A DNA stretch of 63,411 bases, the filler included, from Sluysia triapertura (taxonomy: Eukaryota): assembly GCA_046118255.1 (NCBI GenBank). It is 5 parts of 5 records of this genome, joined end to end, with 100 filler letters (N's around TTAATTAATTAA, not from the genome) between each part and the next. Parts side by side here need not be neighbours in the genome. Positions count along the whole stretch, not along the records: positions 49,512 to 63,411 come from JBJNIA010015088.1; 4 more parts are not named here. One strand, 5' to 3'. Position 1 is the stretch's first letter. Every line of letters starts with the position of its first letter. Below, piece by piece: positions 54,001-63,411 of this stretch. Made by a program: the position numbers and the translations under genes. The notes under the pieces were generated by a model, which was given only the letters and a program-made list of their open reading frames with translations, made no database searches and had not been told where the DNA came from.

Positions 54001-57000
54001 GATTATGATTCTGCTTATACTTGAGTAGTTGAAAAAAGAAACAAAACTTTATTCAAAACCTTCACATCTTGAATTTTCAAAGTCCAACTCAAATTCATTG
54101 AGTAGCCCTACTAAATTTTCTAGAACATTTTCTATTTTTTCCTCAGATGATTCACTTGATTCAATATTTTCTCCATAATATTAAATTTCTACCTTTTGAA
54201 ACCCTCTTTGTATGGATTTCACTGAAATTTCATTCCAATAATTTATTATCAAATGCGAAACTTCTTGATATGATGCCTTTTTCATTTTCCCACTTTTGGT
54301 ATAATTATGTTATCCCTAAATCATCTATCTTTCCCAGCAATTTCTTACATTTTATTTGAATGATTTATTCACTGAAATGACGAGCGGCTGCAATTTCTTT
54401 GTTAATCCACCAGGAATGTTTTAAAACTATTTCCCCCATATTATCAGTTAAATGACGACGGAATGAATTATAAATGAGAGGTGACTTAGGTTAGAAAAAT
54501 GACCATTTTCTGTTTTTTCAAATTTCCTTTTATCTACTTGAACATTTCTTCTGTTTTCCATCCCTTTTCATTTGCTTGAATAATAATTATTTGTTATTCT
54601 CTTTAATTGGTATTTCAACTTTTTAACGCTACAATTAATATTTTCTTCAACGATCACTTTAGATTCACATAATATCTTATATTCTGTATTACATTCAATT
54701 ATTGTAGCATTATCGCTAATTTTATTATTGGCGATTATAAATTGATTTTCAAAAACTCATTCCCAAAACCATTTTATTAATTCGGTTATTAGTACTTCTG
54801 TTCTTTGAATAGTATTTTCTGTTATCGATTTCATATTCAGTATAATTTTGCACATCATCGACATTTATAATCATATGATTCGATTACAATTAATTTAGAA
54901 AATTGAAAAATCAAAATCAATTGCTTAGTGAATTAAAATCAGAATTGAAAGTAGCTCGTCATGATCAAAAACAAAAAACTGAAGGTATATTTCTTTAATT
55001 TAATATAATAAATTATTATTAATAACAGAATAAATTATTTTATAAAATGATTTATTTTAGGTCACTTTCCAATTAAGTTATAGTTAAATTATAATTGTGA
55101 CAAATTCAATACTTGAAAGATAAATTATACGATTCAGAAATAATCGTATTTCTGAATAATTTATATATGTTAAAGTTCAACTTATAATTTAAATTTTTAA
55201 ATTTTAATAAACTAACATTCAAAAGAAACGGGTGTGAAGGTTTAGTATTCTCCATAATAGAGAAATACTTTAGAAGTATGAAATTAGAAAGAAATGCATC
55301 AAAAATGCATTTAATTTGAAATAAAATAAAGGAAATGAAAATTAGAAGTTAATGAATATAGAACGGAACTCATCACTTACATAGTAAATTGAGAATATTA
55401 TGTAAAAATCATAAAAACGAAAAGAACACACGATTTTAGTAAAATAGAAATGAAAAAATACTTGTAAACACAAACATATACAGATCAACACAGCATTTAA
55501 ATGATTGTACACGAAATCTATATAATAAAGTAATTTTGTCTGTCTCTAATGCCCTTGTAAAATTGACCATTCACATAAAAGGAACAGATCAGTGTAGACG
55601 TAAGTGCCAATGTAAAGATCTACTTTATAAATTATTAAAAATTTAGTATTGAAATTTTTATTTGATTTTGAATCTATTAAGTCACTTTAAACATTATTTT
55701 TGTTGAAATATCATGAAAACTGTTTGATGATACAATTCAACATGACATGCACAATCTATAATCAAAAGTTATTTTGTTATTGAAATATTTTATAAGTTGG
55801 ATGGAACTCCTTCCATGATTGGCAAACATATTTTGGTTTATTTTACAAAAATGATAGTCTCATTTCGCATCACTGCTTAAAGGTATTGAATTCCAATCAT
55901 GCGATAAATATTGCGTTTAAAATAGTTAATTTCATCCGTGGAATAATCATACAACTGCCTCAGTTTCGAAATATACTTGAGTAATGTGAAATTGAAAATA
56001 GTAAATTATTACTACATATGGTGGCTAAGTCGTGCAAAGTTTTTAAAGCAATTCAGAGATCGCTTTATATATATTCGACATGATAATGACAGTGAAAACG
56101 TTTACAGAAAAGTTGTATATATTTGAAGATCAAAATTAAAGCTCAATTTGAAATACTTGAAAAATATGGATGTGTGTGTAATCAAAGAAATTAAATACTT
56201 ACAACACTTAGATGCAAACGTAAGTAATATGACAAAACGAAAAAGGACCCAGGTAATTTGATATATTATGTATGTTTATAACAAATATACCATAAGTATT
56301 TAATTTATTTTGATTATAATGAAATAAGACAAAAAAGTTCCACTTCCATTTCTATTATCAAGAGTGTGTTCAAAACTAAGCTTTACGATATAATAAAAGC
56401 ATATGTTTTTCATTGTATTATAAGGTGAAACAATTATAATCATAAAATTAAAAGCAAAACATAAGAAAGTAAAAAGCTAAACTTATAAACATTTTATAAC
56501 ACAATTCATAATTGTAATTGGACATTAGAAAGTGTTAAGTTGGATAATTCAATTAATTTGCAAAACTACTTCAGTATATATCTATGTAAGTTCTTTTTAA
56601 AATTTGCGTCAAGTTACATAGAATGTTATTTGTTATTCAGGGATTTAGGGATAATGATATTAATAATTAGAATGAATTTTTGCGTTATGAGAGTGATGAA
56701 AACCGGCGAAAGAGCTTTATTTGACATTTAAATAGGTTTATAGATAGACTAATTTCTTTCTGAAGAAAATGGATCTTTACGTAGAAGATTAAACGATTTT
56801 CCAGTAGAAGTATTTTAATTCCTTTATGTTAAGCTGCATAACATAAGATATTTTTCACTCAAAAATACTTTTCATAATTTAAAATAATGTCCATATTTAA
56901 CATGTACTATTTAATATCTTTCTAGGTCTAATTATCTCAACACACTCAATTGTTGTTTTTTCTTAATATTTTGGATTTTATATAACTATTGCCAAATTAT

Positions 57001-58261
57001 TCAATGATTATAAGTTGTCGCGAGTATTTTTGACATCTTGATTGCCAGAGATGGAAGTGCTAAATTCAGTATGAGTTCGAATCTTATATTACTGAAATAA
57101 TTTAAACTTAGTTTTTATAAATTATTTATTTATAATTTATAAATAAATTTATTTATTTATAAAAAACAGTAAATAATGCTTAGAAAATGACAAATAAAAA
57201 TTTGTTACAGTTAAGAAAATGTTTATCAAGGTTCGTATTATTTTTTGTTTTTATTTTTAACGCTGCACTTATTAAAATCGAATAAATTTATATTCTATTA
57301 TCACTATGTTCTTATTTATATACTATTTTCTCTGTTCGTTATTTATTTACTTATTTAATTTTCATCACACAAGATTATATTTTTAGTCAGCTTCATATAT
57401 TCCATACTACTCTTTGTAACCAATTTAATTCTATAATGGTTCTGTAATGGATCTTAAACTATGACCAAAGCCAATTTTCTCTGTACACTACTTAATTACT
57501 GAACAAATTATCATTGTAGTGATATATTTTTACTGTCTTATTTTTCATATTTTAATATTTTATCACTTATATCCTCCTTGCTACTTAGTATTTATTTATA
57601 TCTGAGATATTCACTCGCTTAGCGTATTTTTCATGATGTTTACATTTTTCTGGATTCCCAACTTTTTCCTTCATTTGCCTATTAGTTTCTGGTTTCTGAT
57701 TACGTTTATAAAGATGTTTTTTGAGTTTTTAAAGGTTTTTTAGATGTGAGTTTTATACGTGGTAAAGTAAGTGCAATACAATATTACATAATTTTATTTA
57801 CAATACTTTTAGTTTTAAGTTTTTTCTACAATATTTATGGGGTTATTACACATCTTAAGTAGTTCAAAAGTACTTTTCCTTAGGCACAAATGTACCATGA
57901 TTAATTATTTTAATACAATATTTTAATTCATACTCTACATCTGAATTAGTGGAGACTATTTGCTCGATAATGTTAAACTTTTATAATATTACAACCTTTT
58001 TAAATGAAATTTCTGTTAGACTTGATCTTAATTTTAATAGAATTAAAATTAGAATTGGAATTAAAAACTGAGGAACTTCGACAAACCACTGAAACAGAAA
58101 CACGTTCTATCAATCAAATGAAAGAAAAGTATTTGAAAATAGAAAAAGAATATGAAAAATTAAAACTAGAATATCACGATTATCAAAAGAAACAAAATTT
58201 AAAAGAAATCGATATAAATCAATTTAAACAGAAATTTGTTCAAAATGAAGCAAAATATAAG
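51090..58261 (+). CDS. Scattered coiled-coil exons (~51090-51195, ~54899-54984, ~58041-58261), possibly one gene with TE-filled introns
   Basis: Each segment is AG/GT-bounded, open and heptad-rich; linkage between them not proven. Confidence 0.4.
54030..54860 (-). mobile_element. pogo-family DDE transposase pseudogene
   Basis: ANEKGWKTEEM...NSFRRHLT...IPGGLTKKLQPLVISVNKSFK...YTKSGKMKKASYQEV...W; multiple stops. Confidence 0.85.
55560..56270 (+). mobile_element. hAT (Buster/SPIN/GTF2IRD2-like) transposase pseudogene
   Basis: DGTPSMIGK...HHC...KIVNFIRG...QFRNILE...LLLH...WLSRAKFLKQF. Confidence 0.85.
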
Positions 58262-59512
58262 GTTTGATTATGATTTGATTTTAAGGTTTTGTATTTGGAT
58301 CAAATTTTGATGATATTTGGTGAAATGATTGAAAATTTTTAATAAATTGCATAAAATGCGATTAAACACTGTCATCAAAATTTAAATTACTGTTTCATTA
58401 CTTTAAATGATTGCTTGGTAGCATGTTATATATATTTTACTTTAAATTATGTTATAGTTTAAGTTTAGTATTTTAATTTATTATTTTTGTACTATATTAT
58501 AAAACTATAGCTCTACTATGATTGTAATATTTTATTGTTACATTACAATTATTTGAAATGTTTTAATTGTCATGATTGCTTAACCTTGTGGTGGTTCACC
58601 TTATTTCATTTAATTTTATTACATATAACAATCAATATCAAAACTTTTAGCCAAACCACAGACAATAAAATTACTAATTTAACACATAAATTTACTTCAC
58701 ATTTAAAACCCTAAAACTTTTCAATGTGACTTTTACATAAAATATAATGATAATAAACCTTATGGTTCCTATTTTACATTACTACTAAAAGATTGAACAT
58801 CAAAAAAGTGTAAAGAAGTTTATCATTTAAACATGATATTTTATCGTGAATACAACTATATTTAATTTACACCATTATTCATCAGTCAGGGGCATTCTAC
58901 GAATATGCAGATCATTAAAAAATTGGTACATTATTTCAAATAGCAAAATCCAATCATTAAATAATAATATTTAGAAGTATGTCTATTTGACAATCGATAT
59001 AGTATGTCGAATCAAAAAGGAAAAGGACAAGTTTTTGGAAATTCTAAGAATATTAAAATATGAAAATATATTATTAATAACATTTACTTATTCACAAGAA
59101 AATCTTAAATTATGGGCACCTTGAAATTTTCTCATGTATTTATCTAACCACTAAAACGAGAAATAAAAGTTAATTATGCTGTTGAACTGTATTTTAAAAC
59201 TCACTACGAGTTAACAAATCAAAATCTCCTAAAGCAAAAAGATCAGAATATTCAGTTTTTTGATTTCCAACACGTCTCAGATTAAATCCTAATTTCAATA
59301 ATGAGATTCAAACTAACAATGCCCTCAATGATGACACTGTAACGTTAGAAGTGTAACTATAATTTATAGTAACTATAACTGCAGTTACTATAGTGTAATC
59401 TAACTCTATGTAGCTGAAACAAAATCAGATCATTCTGAATTAAATTTAGATAATCATTTAATAAATACAAATATTCATAAAGTTAATGCAGATAATTCTA
59501 AAGTGAATGCAG

Positions 59513-60355
59513 TGTGGTGGCTAACCCAATAATTTGAAATTTTATTCCAATAACGCACAACAAAATCACTATTCAAAACATTTCAGAATTTTCAATACTT
59601 CTAAACATAAAATTTGATAACATCAGATTCACATTTAATACCGAAAATAATCAAAGATTTACTTTAAAAAATTAATTCATAATACTACAAACTTAATTCA
59701 ACTGACCTCACATAAAATTACATTCCACAATCTTCTAACTATTTCCATTAAAACCTTTTTTATATTTTATTTCTTCAGATCCACTAAAACCATTTTCAAA
59801 CCATTTAAATTAATAATCTATCAACATCCAAATCTTAATTACATTCAAAATTATCAATCCTTTCTAAAAACTCGTTTAAAACATTCACGATCTCATAACG
59901 TTTGAATTGCAATTACATTTTTCGCTTAATTTTAAAAGAATTTTAAGATAATTTCATTTATATTTATGTCGAGAAAAGATAAAATTAAAAGACAGTTCGT
60001 ATATAAAAGTAAAATTATGTAATTTATTCTGCACTTGTAATTTTTATATTATTATTTTTATAATATTTTTAATTTTTCATTACTATAATCATGGTAACTA
60101 CCAGCAAATTCAATTTATTTTCGTCAAGTATGGTAGTTACCAATACATTCAATACATTTCTGTCAAGTTTGACAGACTACTATTTAAAAATTTCAAGTAC
60201 ATGTCACCATTTTTACAACTCTTAATTATCAACTATTCAGACCGCATGGTGCGTATTGATTTTTAATTTAAGAGACATAACTGATTGGGCGTCCAATCAA
60301 ATATAATTTTACAGTATTGCTATGATCTAAACGCATTGGACATCCAATCAATATC
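59513..60355 (+). repeat. Cassette: TGTGGTGGCTAACC start, C/A tract, hairpins (copy 5)
   Basis: GGTAACTACCA / TGGTAGTTACC and TGATTGGGCGTCCAAT / ATTGGACATCCAATCA; a further cassette-like start at 58587. Confidence 0.7.
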
Positions 60356-60478
60356 AATAGCAGAAAATCATTACCATTAATTTTTAACCATATTGAAAAA
60401 CTTAATGAATGAGTAAACATTAAAACAATATTAAAGTTTTCGAAAACAAAAAGATAAACAAGTAAAGCAAATTGAAAA

Positions 60479-61644
60479 TTGTCACAGTTAAAAACTTTTA
60501 TAAGACTGATAACAGCTGTAGCTAAAATATCTGAAATCTTAGATAATATTTCTAAATTAAAATGGCCAAAGCCGGCTCAAATTCAACAACATGCTACACC
60601 TTCATTACTGAAACATAAAGATGTTATTGCTTTATCTGAAACCGGCAATGGAAAAACTGCTTCCTACTGTATTCCAGTTATTCAACAATGTTTAGTTAAC
60701 GATCAACCGTTAATGTATGTAATGATTTTGATTCTCGTAGTTGAATTAGTAATACAAGAGTATGGTGAATTAATAAAAATGAATGAAGCATTAAATCTGA
60801 AAAGAATGCGTTTGACTGGAGGTATAGACATGACTGATCAATTAACACATAGTAGCAACTCCTGGTCGAATTTTAATGATGCTTGATCACTCTAATCAAA
60901 TTAAAGAAATTTTTTTATTATAATCATCATTTTGTAATTGGCGGGGCACATAAAATGATCAGTTATCAATTAGGTGAAGACATTGAAAAAGTTTTAGGAA
61001 TTATATCACCAAAATCAAGCAATCTAAGAAATAAGAAAAATAAAAAGATTTTCAGACAAACACAAATTTATCCAGCAATATGTTATGGTGAAGTTGAAAA
61101 GAAGTATATAATTTTGTCATATGATTGACAATTTGTTCATGTCACATCAGAAAATAGTTTTTCAACACAGTCGAAACATTATGTTTGGGCTGTGTCAAAT
61201 GACACTAGGGAAAGAGATACTTTTAAAATAACACGCGAAACATTAATGTATTATGCTGATAAAATATATCTATTTAAAGTTTTAGTCTTTGTTAAAGATG
61301 GTCCTGATACATGGTATTATGAATCAATTATAAATAAAATGAATATTAAAGACATTCCGGCAACACGCTCGAATCCACGAATGCTCCTCCAAAAACAAGA
61401 AGAAAACATGAACCTTTTCAAATCGAGTGATGTACGTGCTATGTTTGCTAATGAGTTTATCAGTGAAGGATTAGATGTCGAAGATATTGATTTGTTTGTC
61501 AATCTGAATGTTCCAGAAAATGTTAATACTTATCGTCACAGAGTTAGTCGATCTTCACGAGTTAGTAAAGCAGATGCTGTACATATTTTGTATTTCCGGA
61601 AACTAAAAAGAATTTCGTCGGGATGGAAAAGAAATATAATGTAA
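60479..61644 (+). pseudogene. Intronless, frameshifted DEAD-box RNA helicase (DDX47/Rrp3-like)
   Basis: Q motif KPAQIQ, SETGNGKT, GGIDM, ATPGR (frameshifted), DEAD decayed to GGAH, EGLDV, YRHRVSRSSR. Confidence 0.85.
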
Positions 61645-61659
61645 ATATAATTTATGATA

Positions 61660-62100
61660 CCTTAAAGAGGCTTAACATTCTGAGATTGGGTCATTCAACT
61701 CGTGTCATGCCACATTTATCAGATTTGAGCAATGTCACTAAATTAAGTGAAAACGAAACGACATGAAACATGAAATGAATTTATTGTTAAATAAAAGAAA
61801 AGCGTCTAATAAAGTTAATCGGGAAGAAATGGAAAACTCGAGAAATGTATTTAGATCCAGAAAACGACTTGTAATAGGACAAGTATTAAATAATGCCAAG
61901 ATAATCTTATCAACTTTAATTAGATCAAATAAATCCTTTCTTTTAAGTGAAGTACATTTGAGTGCAGTATATTTAAATATGTTGAGTCAGTATGAAGTCA
62001 TATCGCTTTTAGAGATAGGAATAATCAAACCTTTAAACCACCCGTTCAGTTTGTAAGTCAGATATTCGAGACTCATGATTCGGATCATAAAAGAGAATTG
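61660..62100 (+). pseudogene. SF1 Upf1-like helicase fragment (IGHMBP2/SMUBP-2-like)
   Basis: NILRLGHSTRV then ...VIGQVLNNAKIILSTL resemble IGHMBP2 RILRLGHPARL...LTSANVVLAT. Confidence 0.55.
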
Positions 62101-62937
62101 AACTTATTACTGTTTATGCGTTTCATGTTCGCGAAGAAGTTGCCATAACAACTATAGTTGTGAAATACCTTAAGGTTCATTGTTATATCAACACTCAGAG
62201 GTACTAATTATATTACTGTTATGGTTTATTTTTATGATTTTTAATTCAATATGTGCATTTTATACAAAGCTTTTTGTAATTATTTGTTTTTGGTTACACA
62301 GACCCTTAAAATTAAATCAGTTAACTCCGCCAAAACGATATTTTTCAATTTTAAAAGTAATTATAATCATATGATAACTGACAAATTAGTATCCTCGGTA
62401 TTCGAGTTGAAATAAACCTAAGGCGTAGGTCTTAATTCAACAAAGTGAATAGTATAATCATGCACATTGAATGAATCATATTTAATCTTAATTTTTATCG
62501 CATTGAATATGTTGATAGAATCGTATACTAATGTATATTTGGCACAAAACATGAACCTCAATTAAATTTTAAATACAAATCTTATTAAGACACAATTCAA
62601 CCTAATTCACTAATTTATTTAACAAGTACATTTGTCATTAATTCTTTTAATTCGTACATGAAACGTTTTGTTTCATTGATACGTAACGTAAGTAAATATG
62701 TGCATATTTACGAACAAGCCTACATCTTCATTGCTTACAATGAAAAACTTATTATTTCGTTAACATAACATGTAAAACAAATACTTCACTTTCATCATTT
62801 TTAACAATAAAATACTTCAACATACATTTGATCTTTTACCGTATAAATTTTTTTAATCGATTAGGTTTATAATTAATCTCTATATCCGAATATATAGAGA
62901 GAAGTGCAAGTTTTAATAGTTAATTAAAATCCTTTAA

Positions 62938-63411
62938 TCATCCTTCTTCAACTAGCGTGATCGCTGGTTTTAGTTTACACCAGTTTACTGTTCTGGACTT
63001 TCCGTCAATGTTGATTGTGGCGGTGTTGTTGTTAGAATTGAATTGGATGATCTTGTAGGGACCGGTGTATCTTGGTTGAAGAGATCTAGGATTTTCCGTT
63101 TTGAGCCACACGAATTTACTGTCAAGAATATCTTTTGGTACGAATATTCGAGGAACTTCATTGTGTAACGTAGATTTATTCAACTCGTTGAAATATTGCC
63201 GCAGGAGAGGTGAATAAATTTTTTCTGTTGGTTGATCCGATTCGAAGAGTTCGAAGGGTAGTCTGGTATTCGTTCCTAACACTATTTGTGCTGGGGAATA
63301 TCCTGTTGAAGAGTGAGGGATATTGCGCCAGCCTAGTAGGATTAGTGGTAATGCATCTATCCAATTATGATTTATTGACAATGCGCGTAAGGAGTTCTTT
63401 AAGGTTCTGTG
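62938..63411 (-). mobile_element. Ty3/Gypsy integrase C-terminal region (runs off the window end)
   Basis: HRTLK...WIDALPLILLGWRN...TGYSPAQIVLG...PRYTGPYKI (GPY/F motif); uninterrupted frame. Confidence 0.92.

Noticed and set aside
42437-61644. Stop-codon reassignment explaining in-frame TAA/TGA
   Set aside because: The same regions also have frameshifts and lost catalytic residues, while intact genes read cleanly in the standard code

Overview
Very AT-rich (roughly a quarter G+C by eye) animal genomic DNA, not a prokaryotic locus. The window is five separate contigs (1-12352, 12453-25794, 25895-37278, 37379-49411, 49512-63411) joined by an artificial 100-nt spacer (44 N + TTAATTAATTAA + 44 N), so adjacency across spacers means nothing. 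Metazoan domains (cadherin, insulin-receptor-type tyrosine kinase, C3G-like RasGEF, filamin) and very short 30-45 nt GT-AG introns suggest a compact-genome invertebrate, reminiscent of an orthonectid such as Intoshia (inference only). Only three genes look intact: a two-exon gene with a probable mitochondrial presequence, FAF2/UBXD8, and a coiled-coil gene. Most other coding-like DNA is decayed transposons (R2/NeSL-like, L2/CR1-like, Gypsy integrase, pogo/Tigger, hAT, piggyBac MITEs, Helitron ends) and frameshifted host-gene fragments (filamin, DPH1, DDX47-like DEAD-box, IGHMBP2-like helicase, CCCH zinc fingers, protocadherin). The most striking unexplained structure is a recurring cassette: TGTGGTGGCCAACC-type start, C/A-skewed tract, ATT-rich tract, then two ~50-70 nt hairpins whose arms co-vary between copies. 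In four of five cases it sits just upstream of a same-strand decayed cargo ORF, several of which encode RNA-binding or RNA-helicase domains. All family assignments come from motif recognition by eye; no searches were run.
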